A stretch of 36,938 nucleotides of DNA from an uncultured Gemmatimonadota bacterium (GCA_964637695.1 CAZWVF010000015.1:11122-48059), one strand, 5' to 3'; positions 9,014 to 18,568 are shown, numbered from the stretch's first letter. Notes: generated by a model from the sequence alone, not told the origin. Made by a program: numbers and translations.

Positions 9014-12000
9014 ATGAAGAGATCGATAATCAAAGGCGGAATCGTGGCCATGGCTGCGATGATCATTGTTCCGGTGACTGTCCTGTCGCAGAGTACAGGT
9101 CCGATCGATCCGGAGGATATCAGCAGCTTCCAGTTCCGTGAACTGGGGCCGGCGGTAACAGGTGGACGGGTACACGATGTGGAAGCTGTTCCGGGAGACC
9201 CTTTTACCATATATGTGGGAGCCGCAAGTGGAGGGGTCTGGAAGTCGGTCAACGGCGGTACAACATGGACACCTCTATGGGATGACCTGCCAAACAGCTC
9301 TGTTGGGGACATCGCTATCGCTCCCTCCGATCCCGATGTGTTGTACGTGGGAACGGGAGGACCCAACAACAGGCAGAGCACTCTCTATGGCAATGGAGTG
9401 TGGAAATCGACAGATGGCGGCCAGACGTGGGATCACTGCGGGCTTGTGGAGACACGGCATATAGGACGGATACGCGTGCATCCCGAGAATCCTGACATCG
9501 TGTACGTGGCAGCCCTGGGCAACCTGTGGAAAGCCAATCCAGAACGTGGCGTATTCAAATCTGTTGATGGAGGCCAGACCTGGAGCAAGGTGCTTTATAT
9601 AGATGAGGATACGGGTGCCGTTGATATGGTTATCGATCCATCCAATCCCGACATCCTTTACGCTGCCACATATCAGCGGCGGAGACGCACCTGGGGCTTT
9701 ATCGGCGGTGGGCCGGGCAGCGGTATACACAAGAGCGAAGATGGCGGACGTACCTGGACGCTTCTGGCCGGCGGATTGCCGGAAGGCGACAAGGGCAGGA
9801 TCGGCCTGGCTATATCGAAAACCAATCCGCAGGTCCTGAATGCCACGGTGGAGCATCGGGGAGGGCAGGGTACTTACAGAACTGAAGATGGGGGCACGAC
9901 ATGGGAGTTCATGAACCGGATGAATCCCCGCCCGATGTATTACAGTCATATATTCATCGATCCCACCGATGAGAACAGGGTGTACGTGCTCGGTAGCAGT
10001 TCCAGCGTATCGGAGGATGGAGGACGGAACTTCAGGGGAATACCCTCTGCTCCAACATATGACGTAGGTGTCCATGGAGACCACCATTCCCTCTGGATAG
10101 ACCCGGAGAATCCCGAATACATTCTGCTCGGCGGCGATGCGGGTCTCTACGTCTCGCACGATCGCGGAATCAAGTGGAAGAGGATCAATAACTTCGCTAT
10201 CGGCCAGTTCTATGCGATCGGAGTGGACATGCGCGATCCCTACCGGGTGTATGGGGGCCTGCAGGACAATCACTCGTGGATGGGACCGACCCGCACGCGC
10301 CGCTTCATCGGGATCATCAACGATGACTGGAGCCAGACGGGATTCAGCGACGGGATGTACGCACAGCCCGATCCAGAGAATTACAGGCGGGTCTACATCG
10401 ATTCTCAGGGCGGCAACATCATACGCTTCGATCCTGAAACCGGAGCCAGCGAAAGCATCAGGCCGAGCCCTCCGGAAGGAGAAGAACGGTACCGCTTCGA
10501 CTGGACCGCTCCGATACTGATCTCACCTCACGATCACAACAGGATCTACCTGGGCGGAAACAGGCTCTTCATATCTGATAATGGCGGCAGCAGCTGGTAC
10601 AGTACCGAAGATCTGAGCCGCCAGATTGACAGGGATACACTGGAGATAATGGGTGTTGTGCCCGGGCCCCAGACCCTTTCCCGGCACGACGGTACAAGAT
10701 CTTTCGGGGAAATCACGACAATCGCGGAATCACCCGTACAGGAAGGCCTTCTCTGGGTGGGCACCGATGATGGCAACCTTCAGCTGAGTCGCAATGGCGG
10801 GAAAAGCTGGAACAACGTTATCGGCAACGTGCCGGGAGTGCCCGACCAGACTTATGTCAGCCGGGTGATCGCTTCCCACTTTGAGCAGGGAAGGGCCTAC
10901 GCGACTTTCGATGCGCATCGGGATGGCGATTTCAGGCCGTTCGTCTATGTTACAGAAGACTTCGGCAGCAGCTGGAGGGCGATCACAAACGGGCTGCCCG
11001 ATGAAGGATCGGTGAATGTTATCAGGGAACACCACGCCAATCCAGATCTGCTCTTTGTCGGAACCGAACACGCTCTCTTCGTATCTCTCGATGCCGGTTC
11101 CAACTGGATGCAGTTCAAGAACAACCTGCCCACCGTACCGATAGATGATCTGGTAATACATCCGAGAGAAAACGATCTGCTGATAGGTACTCACGGCCGC
11201 AGCATCTGGGTGATGGATGATATCACCTTCCTCTCGGCTATGAGTCAATTCCTGAAGCAGCAGATACTCTACGTAATGTCGGTTCGGCCCGCCACTATCT
11301 ACCAGAAATGGAAAGCGACGAGCTACCGGGGTCAGGGTGAATTTGCGGCAGAACAGCCACCCGACGGAGCCGTGATCAATTACTGGGTGGGCAGAGGGAT
11401 TGAGGAGCCTGTATCGGTGGAGATCGTTACCGCGGAAGGCCGTGTGGTACGTACTTTTCAGGGATCCGGCGAAGCGGGGCTGCAGAGGGTTGTATGGGAC
11501 CTGCGTCTTGATGCTCTGCCGCGGTCCCGCAGGGGAGGCCGGGGCAGACCGGGTGGAACAGGCGCGGGTGGAGGGGTGAGTAGGGAAAGGCAACCCAATC
11601 CCAACCTGACACCATGGCTGCAGCAGAAGCTGGCCGACAGGGGTCCTCATGTGCTTGCAGGCATGTACACGGTCCGCCTGACTGCAGGCGATGAGATCGT
11701 CACAGGAACGATCGAGGTGAGACCCGATCCCGCCGATCCGGGTTCGCCGGCCGATCAGCAGAGGAGATGGCTGTTCCTGCTCGGTGTGTACGATCTGAAT
11801 CACAAGTCGACAGCCAGGGGATCCGAGCTTCAGGAGATCAGGAACAGAGCAAACACCTCCAGGGAAGCGCTCAGGAACGCAGCTTCCCCGCCGTCCGGGC
11901 TGATCGAGGCGGTCAGCGAACTGATCACACAACTGGATGAATCAAATCGCGAGATATCAAGCAACGTAAGCAGTGGAACCAGAAACCTGGTCGAAGCATT

Positions 12001-12199
12001 TACCGGCAGCGGCGTTCGACAGGGAACGATCGCCGGTCCGACAGATGATCAGTACGAACGGTTTACACTCCTGCGAATCAGATTCGAGGAAGCTGCGGGA
12101 ATTCTCCAGCAATTGATCGAAACGGAGATTCCGAGGCTGGACAGGCAGCTTCAGCGTGCCGGGATACCTCCAATCGGGGGTTACGGGACGCTGAAATAA
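9014..12199 (+). CDS. Vps10/sortilin-like BNR repeat protein, secreted (1061 aa)
   Basis: Signal peptide MKRSIIKGGIVAMAAMIIVPVTVLSQS. Contains FRELGPAVTGGRVHDVEAVPGDPFTIYVGAASGGVWKSVNGGTTWTPLW and multiple Asp-box motifs (KSTDGGQTW, KSVDGGQTW, KSEDGGRTW, RTEDGGTTW, SRNGGKSW, TEDFGSSW). Paralog of the truncated gene at the window start. Confidence 0.85.
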   Translation: MKRSIIKGGIVAMAAMIIVPVTVLSQSTGPIDPEDISSFQFRELGPAVTGGRVHDVEAVPGDPFTIYVGAASGGVWKSVNGGTTWTPLWDDLPNSSVGDIAIAPSDPDVLYVGTGGPNNRQSTLYGNGVWKSTDGGQTWDHCGLVETRHIGRIRVHPENPDIVYVAALGNLWKANPERGVFKSVDGGQTWSKVLYIDEDTGAVDMVIDPSNPDILYAATYQRRRRTWGFIGGGPGSGIHKSEDGGRTWTLLAGGLPEGDKGRIGLAISKTNPQVLNATVEHRGGQGTYRTEDGGTTWEFMNRMNPRPMYYSHIFIDPTDENRVYVLGSSSSVSEDGGRNFRGIPSAPTYDVGVHGDHHSLWIDPENPEYILLGGDAGLYVSHDRGIKWKRINNFAIGQFYAIGVDMRDPYRVYGGLQDNHSWMGPTRTRRFIGIINDDWSQTGFSDGMYAQPDPENYRRVYIDSQGGNIIRFDPETGASESIRPSPPEGEERYRFDWTAPILISPHDHNRIYLGGNRLFISDNGGSSWYSTEDLSRQIDRDTLEIMGVVPGPQTLSRHDGTRSFGEITTIAESPVQEGLLWVGTDDGNLQLSRNGGKSWNNVIGNVPGVPDQTYVSRVIASHFEQGRAYATFDAHRDGDFRPFVYVTEDFGSSWRAITNGLPDEGSVNVIREHHANPDLLFVGTEHALFVSLDAGSNWMQFKNNLPTVPIDDLVIHPRENDLLIGTHGRSIWVMDDITFLSAMSQFLKQQILYVMSVRPATIYQKWKATSYRGQGEFAAEQPPDGAVINYWVGRGIEEPVSVEIVTAEGRVVRTFQGSGEAGLQRVVWDLRLDALPRSRRGGRGRPGGTGAGGGVSRERQPNPNLTPWLQQKLADRGPHVLAGMYTVRLTAGDEIVTGTIEVRPDPADPGSPADQQRRWLFLLGVYDLNHKSTARGSELQEIRNRANTSREALRNAASPPSGLIEAVSELITQLDESNREISSNVSSGTRNLVEAFTGSGVRQGTIAGPTDDQYERFTLLRIRFEEAAGILQQLIETEIPRLDRQLQRAGIPPIGGYGTLK

Positions 12200-12238
12200 T
12201 TTTTGGACTACTTGCGGTAAACAATAAAAGAAGTAAAT

Positions 12239-12311
12239 ACTAGTGTCATGTCAGGTGACAAACATCGGCGCCGCTCGAATGCGGCGGTTGTCGCGTGACA
12301 GGGCACTAGTG
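12239..12311 (+). repeat. ~73-bp imperfect palindrome (hairpin-forming element) with ACTAGTG...CACTAGT termini and a GC-rich tip
   Basis: ACTAGTG at 12239-12245 pairs with CACTAGT(G) at 12304-12311. The inner stem GTGACAA/TTGTCGC and tip CGCCGC-tcgaat-GCGGCG lie 39 nt after the stop of the upstream gene. No T-tract follows. Confidence 0.4.
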
Positions 12312-12410
12312 TCCTGGAGTACAGATCGGGAAAAGATCCGAAGATCACTGATTGGACGGATTAAGAAGTCTGGAGACAGGGTGGACCTCAAACTCGAATC
12401 GGAAGCCGGG

Positions 12411-13367
12411 ATGAAAGTACGTCTTGAGCATGATATCCAGGTAGATCGGCCCATTCTGCTGGCGGGATGGCCGGGGATGGGCAACGTTGGAGTAGGGGCC
12501 GTTGACTATCTGCGCAGGGAACTGGGAACCGAGGTATTCGGCGAGATCGATATGAGCCAGCATTTCACGCCGGAGGCGATATTGGTTGAAGAGGGGATCG
12601 CCAAGCTGCCGGAGGTTCCCATCAACAGCTTCTCCGTCTCCTACTCGCCCGACCTGATCTTCTTTCTGAGTGAAGCCCAGGTGTCGGGTCCCGCGGCCCT
12701 TCAATTGACAAACCTGATAGTCGATATCGCCGAAAGCTATGATGTAAAGAGGGTCTATACCTGCGCCGCGTTTGCCGTCCCCACAAGTTATTCCGAAGAA
12801 ACCAGGGTGTTGGGCGTAGCCACCGACGAAGAACTCCGCGACTCACTCACCCCGCACGGTACAGAGATCCTCACGCAGGGTATCGTAAGCGGGCTCAACG
12901 GCCTTCTGCTGGGTGTAGCCGGCGGCAGGGGTATCGAGTCGGCCTGCCTGCTGGCTACAATTCCCCAATACGCGATCAGTCTGCCAAATCCACGCGGTTC
13001 GAGGGCCCTCGTACGGACCTTGAGTACTCTCCTCGATGTCAGCATTGATACATCCGGTTTCGACGATCCGGTGACACAGATGGACGAGGTCATGTCGCAG
13101 ATCGAGGAGCGGATGCGCACAGCTTTCACCGAAAGAGAGGAAGAGGGCGAGGGGATAGAGGATATTGGAGAATTACCGGAGAGTGTGGACCAGGAGGAAG
13201 TACCCCACTACGTGATGAGGCGGATAGAGCAGCTTTTTCAACAGGTCACGAGGGATCGCAATAAAGCTCCTCAACTCAAGGAAGAGCTGGATCGCTGGGG
13301 TCTCTATGAATTGTACGAAGACCGTTTTCTCGATCTCTTCCGCGACCTGGGAGACAAGGCCGAGTAG
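12411..13367 (+). CDS. PAC2-family (proteasome-assembly-chaperone-like, ATP-grasp fold) protein. The ORF is open back to 12243, but the likely start is MKVRLEHD at 12411.
   Basis: MKVRLEHDIQVDRPILLAGWPGMGNVGVGAVDYL is a typical PAC2 N-terminus, with GGAAG upstream. The upstream extension contains the palindrome and is probably non-coding. Confidence 0.65.
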   Translation: MKVRLEHDIQVDRPILLAGWPGMGNVGVGAVDYLRRELGTEVFGEIDMSQHFTPEAILVEEGIAKLPEVPINSFSVSYSPDLIFFLSEAQVSGPAALQLTNLIVDIAESYDVKRVYTCAAFAVPTSYSEETRVLGVATDEELRDSLTPHGTEILTQGIVSGLNGLLLGVAGGRGIESACLLATIPQYAISLPNPRGSRALVRTLSTLLDVSIDTSGFDDPVTQMDEVMSQIEERMRTAFTEREEEGEGIEDIGELPESVDQEEVPHYVMRRIEQLFQQVTRDRNKAPQLKEELDRWGLYELYEDRFLDLFRDLGDKAE

Positions 13368-13370
13368 AGA

Positions 13371-14825
13371 TCAGGCCAGTTCCTTCAGGAATTCCTTCAA
13401 CAGCCTCCACGACTTCTCTACAGAAGAGATCTGCACCTTTTCTCCCGGAGCGTGAGGGCTGTGGATCTCGGGTCCGAAGCTGAGCATATCCATTCCGGGG
13501 AATTTCTCACCGATGAGCCCGCACTCCAGTCCTGCGTGGATAGCCTTCACTTCAGGTTCGTTTCCGAAAGTGTCCTGATAGACCTTCCTGCCTGTATTCA
13601 ACAGCGCTGAATCGGGATTCGGGGTCCAGCCCGGGTATCCGCCCAGGTCTTCCACATCAGCATCTGCAAGCTCAAATCCTGCACGGATCTGGCCTACCAT
13701 AGCCCGAAGTGCAGGCATCACGCTCGAACGGGTACTGGTAGTTATTTCGACGATTTCATTCTCGATTACAATCACAGCTACGTTGTTGCTGGTTTCCACC
13801 AGACCGGGGACATCTCTGCTCATGGCCAGAACGCCGTGCGGGGCAGCTATCATCGCACCGATCAATCTGGTTTTCAGCTCAGCCGTGAACACCTGATCAT
13901 CTACCTCGCTTTCATTGACCTCGACGACAAGGTCAGGATCGATGGCGCCGAATTCACCATCGAATTCCCCCTTCTGGGAAACCGCGATCTCCCTGAACAT
14001 GTCCATTGAACCGCTGGATGCCCTGATGCAGGCGAATGCTTCCCTCGGAATGGCGTTGTGCTTGGAACCCCCTTCAAAGGAAGCCAGGTCGAACTTTATA
14101 CCGGCGTCCGCGGCAGCGTTCATGAGACGAAATAGCAGTTTAACCGCGTTGGCGCGGTTCTCATGTATGTCGACTCCCGAATGACCACCGCGCAGGCCCT
14201 TGACCGCCAGCTCGATCTGCTCGGGCAGTTCCGATTTCTCCCTCTCTACCTTGAAATGGATATGCAGGTCGTTACCGCCGGCACAGCCGATATAGAACGC
14301 GCCGTCCTCCTCGGTGTCGAGGTTCAGGAGTCGCTGTCCCTGCAGAAGCGTGTTATCCAGCTCGGTAGCTCCCGTGAGGCCGGTCTCTTCATCAACTGTA
14401 AACAGGAGTTCGAGGGGCGGGTGCACACACTGCTGATCTGTGGCTGCAGCCAGTGCCATTGCAACGCCCACTCCATTGTCTGCTCCGAGCGTCGTACCCT
14501 CTGCCAGGATCCAGTCCCCATCCCTGACTACATTGATCGGATCGGTGAGAAAATCAAACTCCACATCGCGATTTTTCTCTGGGACCATATCCACATGGCC
14601 CTGCAGGATAACGGTATCAGCCGATTCATGACCCTCGGTAGCCGGCACGCGCACTACCAGGTTGCCTACCCTGTCACTGCCGGTCTCGAATCCATGCTTG
14701 TCGGCCCATTCTTTAATCCAGGCCTGGATTTTCTCCTCGTGTTTGGAGGGACGGGGGATCCTGCGGATTTCGTCGAAATAACTCCATATGATCTGTGGAC
14801 CCAGATCAGCCAGGGGATTGCTCAT
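13371..14825 (-). CDS. pepD: Aminoacyl-histidine (Xaa-His) dipeptidase, M20C family
   Basis: 484 aa beginning MSNPLADLGPQIIWSYFDEIRRIPRPSKHEEKIQAWIKEWADKHGFE, plus GHVDMVPEK and GADNGVGVA. RBS GGAG sits 7 nt upstream. Confidence 0.9.
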   Translation of the reverse strand: MSNPLADLGPQIIWSYFDEIRRIPRPSKHEEKIQAWIKEWADKHGFETGSDRVGNLVVRVPATEGHESADTVILQGHVDMVPEKNRDVEFDFLTDPINVVRDGDWILAEGTTLGADNGVGVAMALAAATDQQCVHPPLELLFTVDEETGLTGATELDNTLLQGQRLLNLDTEEDGAFYIGCAGGNDLHIHFKVEREKSELPEQIELAVKGLRGGHSGVDIHENRANAVKLLFRLMNAAADAGIKFDLASFEGGSKHNAIPREAFACIRASSGSMDMFREIAVSQKGEFDGEFGAIDPDLVVEVNESEVDDQVFTAELKTRLIGAMIAAPHGVLAMSRDVPGLVETSNNVAVIVIENEIVEITTSTRSSVMPALRAMVGQIRAGFELADADVEDLGGYPGWTPNPDSALLNTGRKVYQDTFGNEPEVKAIHAGLECGLIGEKFPGMDMLSFGPEIHSPHAPGEKVQISSVEKSWRLLKEFLKELA

Positions 14826-14905
14826 TCATTTACTCCATATGATGATTGCTTCTGTCGGAAATCAACCTGCATAAGTTCACATACTATTATTGTTTATGCA
14901 AGTAT

Positions 14906-16015
14906 CTACGAGGACCAGCGGCCAGGTATTTCTCTGCCGCATGCAGGGCAGAGCAAGCCATTCATATTGATTGAGAGAATCCGGAAACCACGCCTCTCGA
15001 CAAGAAGTTCCCGGCAGTCGGGACAGTAAGTACTCTCCTCCCTGCCTACAAGACCGGGAAGGTTGCCTGCGTAAACGAACATCAGTCCGGCCTGCCTGCC
15101 GATCACGGTCGCCCTCAACAGAGAGGAGACAGGCGTGGGACCCGGTGTCGACATCCTGTATTCAGGATGATAAGCGGTCACATGCCAGGGTATCGAGGTG
15201 GAGACACCTGCGATGAAAGCAGACAATTCTTCCAGTTCGCTGTCAGAGTCGTTGATTCCCGGCAGCAGAAGAGTGACGATTTCCACCCATTTACCGAGTT
15301 CCACAAGACGCTCGATAGTATCCAGAACCGGCTGCAGGCGCCCCCCCACCTGTTGATAAGTCTTCTCTGAAAAGGCCTTCAGATCGACCTTGAACAGGTC
15401 GATGTACGGATCGAGATATTCGAGTACCTCAGGAGTCGCGTTTCCGTTGGATACATAGCCGGTGAGCAGACCGGCATTGCGAGCTTCCCGGAAGATCTCC
15501 ACCGACCATTCCGCACTGATGAGGGGTTCGTTGTAGGTGCTCGTGACAATCTGTGCTCCCCTCTCAACTGCTGCCCGGACCATTTCATCCGCCGATACTT
15601 CCTGTACCGGTGCACCCGCTGCGTCATCCCTGAGAGTCTGGCTTGTCATCCAGTTCTGGCAGAAGGAGCAGTGATAATCGCATCCCAGCATCCCCAGGGA
15701 GAGCGCAAGTGCACCTGGCAGAACGTGGAAGAAGGGTTTCTTCTCGATGGGATCCATCTGCATGGAACTGACATAGCCTCCCGGAACGCGGAGGATGCCC
15801 CCTTCGTTGAATCGTACCTTGCAGATACCCCTGTGACCCGGAAGGATCAGGCAGCGGTGGGCGCATGCAAAACAGCATACACTATCGTCGTCCCGGGTCT
15901 CGAAAAGAGTTCCTGTTCGGGAGAGGGCGTCCAGGCGTTCTTCAAGTGTTGCACCCGGACGTATCGATTCTGGCGACATTTCAGACCTGCCTGGTCGCGG
16001 TTCCGCAAGATCCAT
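14906..16015 (-). CDS. Radical SAM enzyme, AmmeMemoRadiSam-system type (PflA-like activase fold)
   Basis: N-terminal CCFACAHRC cysteine cluster plus radical SAM CDYHCSFCQNW. Overall length and motifs match the AmmeMemoRadiSam radical SAM family. Confidence 0.75.
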   Translation of the reverse strand: MDLAEPRPGRSEMSPESIRPGATLEERLDALSRTGTLFETRDDDSVCCFACAHRCLILPGHRGICKVRFNEGGILRVPGGYVSSMQMDPIEKKPFFHVLPGALALSLGMLGCDYHCSFCQNWMTSQTLRDDAAGAPVQEVSADEMVRAAVERGAQIVTSTYNEPLISAEWSVEIFREARNAGLLTGYVSNGNATPEVLEYLDPYIDLFKVDLKAFSEKTYQQVGGRLQPVLDTIERLVELGKWVEIVTLLLPGINDSDSELEELSAFIAGVSTSIPWHVTAYHPEYRMSTPGPTPVSSLLRATVIGRQAGLMFVYAGNLPGLVGREESTYCPDCRELLVERRGFRILSINMNGLLCPACGREIPGRWSS

Positions 16016-16153
16016 CCTCCATCAATATTACCCCATTGCGCACTCCTTCATACTCGTAAGTAGTATATTCAGGTAAATGTTATACCTATTATAATGAGTC
16101 TAATATTCAGACGGGTCTGTTGAGCCCGGAAGAGATTATCAATTACAGACAAG

Positions 16154-17263
16154 GTGGATCAGATGCCTACCAGATTCCGCTCAGCCGGCGCATTGCTGAT
16201 GGCTGCACTCTTTTCATTCTCAATCACCGGATGCGGTTTGTTCGAATCAGGTGAGGATTCGTCTTACAGTACACAGGCCCTGGCTTCGGGCAGAATCCTT
16301 TTTACCGGAAGCAGTCCCGGCACAGAAGGTACCGCTTTCGGACTGTATACAGTCGGAGGATATGCGAGTACTTCAATTGCCCTTTACGCTTCTGCCAACT
16401 TCGATTTCACCGGCCCTTCTGTTTCAACCTATCCGGATCAGTACTGGTTGATCGGCTACGGCAAAACCAAGCTGGATCTTCTCAATACTTTCAACACAGA
16501 CAGGCAGAGCATTACCGGATTGGGAGCTCAGCAGCGTGCACCGGCTTTCGATAATGCATCGCCCATCAGGTTTGCCTACATGGATGGTTCCCCATCGTCC
16601 GGATTCAACATCTCGGTGCAGACTTCTCTGACGGCTCAACCGGCATATGTAACCTCGGGTGCCTCTGAATCCGTCAGCTACTGGACTCCGGCGTGGTCAC
16701 CCGATGGGGAGTGGATCGTATATGCCAGGATCAGCGGTACCACAACCCTCACCGGTGAGCTGTGGCGGGTACGGCCGAATGGAGCAGATGCGGAACTGCT
16801 TCCGATCACTACCACCGAACTGCCCACCTACCCGGTTTTCAGTCCCGACGGGACCGAGATCCTGGTACCGGGTGATTTCACCTCATACAAGATCGATGAC
16901 GGTCGGATTGGCAAACTGAATAATATCCGTGATATGACCACTTTCCAGGAACAGCTGGCATCTATGGGTTACGAGGTCATGGGCAGTCCGGTTACGGGCG
17001 CCGTTCACACCGGTGATGAGGTGACATCCTTCCGCCACACCTTCCCGATAAGCGCCTGCTGGGCTTCAGGGGGCTGGATATATTTCGATGCCCTGGTTAC
17101 CAGCAACTTCGGGACCGTTCCTCATGAGGTGAAAGGGGTAGCCCTCTTCGCCTGGAGGAGGATATCGCAGACGCTCTACCTGAAGGTGCCGCCGGTACCG
17201 CAGTCTGAGACTCTTTCTGAGGAATACTCGATAAGCGTTCTTCACCCTTCGATTATTCCCTGA
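16154..17263 (+). CDS. Lipoprotein with TolB-like PD40/WD40-like beta-propeller repeats
   Basis: Lipobox FSITGC. PD40-like motifs WSPDGEWIVYARISG and FSPDGTEILVPGD. Confidence 0.65.
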   Translation: MDQMPTRFRSAGALLMAALFSFSITGCGLFESGEDSSYSTQALASGRILFTGSSPGTEGTAFGLYTVGGYASTSIALYASANFDFTGPSVSTYPDQYWLIGYGKTKLDLLNTFNTDRQSITGLGAQQRAPAFDNASPIRFAYMDGSPSSGFNISVQTSLTAQPAYVTSGASESVSYWTPAWSPDGEWIVYARISGTTTLTGELWRVRPNGADAELLPITTTELPTYPVFSPDGTEILVPGDFTSYKIDDGRIGKLNNIRDMTTFQEQLASMGYEVMGSPVTGAVHTGDEVTSFRHTFPISACWASGGWIYFDALVTSNFGTVPHEVKGVALFAWRRISQTLYLKVPPVPQSETLSEEYSISVLHPSIIP

Positions 17264-17289
17264 TCAATCAGCCGGAGATCTTCTGACGA

Positions 17290-18540
17290 TCATACTTCCA
17301 GGAAGAGGTGTGCCATGACCGTGGCATCGCCGACCATGTTCTCGGTCAGGCAGTACTCGTCGTGCTGGTGGGCCATATCGTCCATTCGTGACCAGACGGC
17401 TGCAGGAAGACCGGCTTCGCGGAAAAAAGCAGCCACCGTTCCTCCACCTATACCCATAGGCCTGGCTTCAACTCCGTAAACTTCCCTGATTCCCTTCTGG
17501 AGTGCCGTCACGATGGGAGCGTCAGGGGCTGTTGGTGAGGCCGCGGGCTGCCAGGTTGGGAATTCGATCGATATGCTCACCCCGAAAATCCGCTCAACCT
17601 CCCTGCAATACTCCTCGACCCTGGAACGGAGATCCTCCAGTTTGTAGCCGGCAAGCACTCTGCAGTCGAAGGCGAATACATCCTCTCCGGGGATCGTATT
17701 GATATTCTCTACATTGGCTTTTTTCAGAGTCGGCTCAAATGTGCTGACGGGTGGTTCGAAGAGATCATCTCTTGCCGGGAAATCTTCATAGAGCTGTTCC
17801 AGCATGACGATAAGGTGGGCTCCTGCCTTGTGTGCATTTACACCGTGATCCGGGGTAGATCCGTGGGTCTGTTTGCCTTTGACGGTGAATTCGATCCAGG
17901 CGATAGATTTCTCGGCAACCTCGATCATGGTACCATCTTCGTTGCCTGCATCGGGTATCAACATCCTGTCTTCGGAGCCGAACAGATCTCTGTGATTCTT
18001 CATCAGGAAATCGGCACCGAACCCGCTTCCTGTCTCTTCATCGGATACGAATGCAAGAGCGATATCGTGGGGTGGTGTGATCCCCTCATCAAGCAGTGCT
18101 TTGAATGCGAATACGGCGCTGACGATCCCCTGGTGGTTATCCTCTGTGCCCCTTCCGTACAGCTTTCCCTCATCTACCCTCACGGTCCACGGATCGCTGG
18201 TCCACATGCTCTGCTCACCCGGTGGTACAACATCAAGATGGGTTAGTATCCACATAGTGAATTCATCCGATTCACCTTTCAATTTCACGATGATATTGGG
18301 TCTTTCACCTCCTTCAACATCAGCGCACGGTGCCGGATACATCTCGGGTTCAGGAAAATTCCATTCCCGCAGACGCTCAATCAGCCAGGCAGCCTTCGCC
18401 GCTTCTCCATCTCCGCCGCTGTCGGGGCTGACAGCCGGGATCGTGCAGAGGTTTTTCTGCATCTCAATCATCTCATCCTCTGCATCTGAAATCAGAGTCG
18501 AAATCCGGTCGAAGACGGCTTTCGCGTCTCTGGAATTCAT
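17290..18540 (-). CDS. M20-family metallopeptidase / deacylase (ArgE/DapE/CPG2-like)
   Basis: LTHLDVVPPGE, DNHQGIVSAVFAFKAL, SDEETGSGFGADFL, and a dimerisation-domain insertion. Confidence 0.85.
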   Translation of the reverse strand: MNSRDAKAVFDRISTLISDAEDEMIEMQKNLCTIPAVSPDSGGDGEAAKAAWLIERLREWNFPEPEMYPAPCADVEGGERPNIIVKLKGESDEFTMWILTHLDVVPPGEQSMWTSDPWTVRVDEGKLYGRGTEDNHQGIVSAVFAFKALLDEGITPPHDIALAFVSDEETGSGFGADFLMKNHRDLFGSEDRMLIPDAGNEDGTMIEVAEKSIAWIEFTVKGKQTHGSTPDHGVNAHKAGAHLIVMLEQLYEDFPARDDLFEPPVSTFEPTLKKANVENINTIPGEDVFAFDCRVLAGYKLEDLRSRVEEYCREVERIFGVSISIEFPTWQPAASPTAPDAPIVTALQKGIREVYGVEARPMGIGGGTVAAFFREAGLPAAVWSRMDDMAHQHDEYCLTENMVGDATVMAHLFLEV

Positions 18541-18568
18541 GGCCTGTCCATCAGCAGCCGTTCAGAGT

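Noticed and set aside
9275-11932. Long antisense ORFs (332 aa and 400 aa) opposite the 9014-12199 gene
   Set aside because: They are antisense to a gene with strong family motifs. Their proteins have no recognisable domains and a biased composition.
12243-12410. N-terminal 56-aa extension of the PAC2 ORF
   Set aside because: It contains the large palindrome and lacks PAC2 homology. MKVRLEHD at 12411, with an upstream GGAAG, is the more plausible start.
14163-15029. 288-aa plus-strand ORF overlapping pepD
   Set aside because: It is antisense to a well-supported pepD and has no recognisable motifs.
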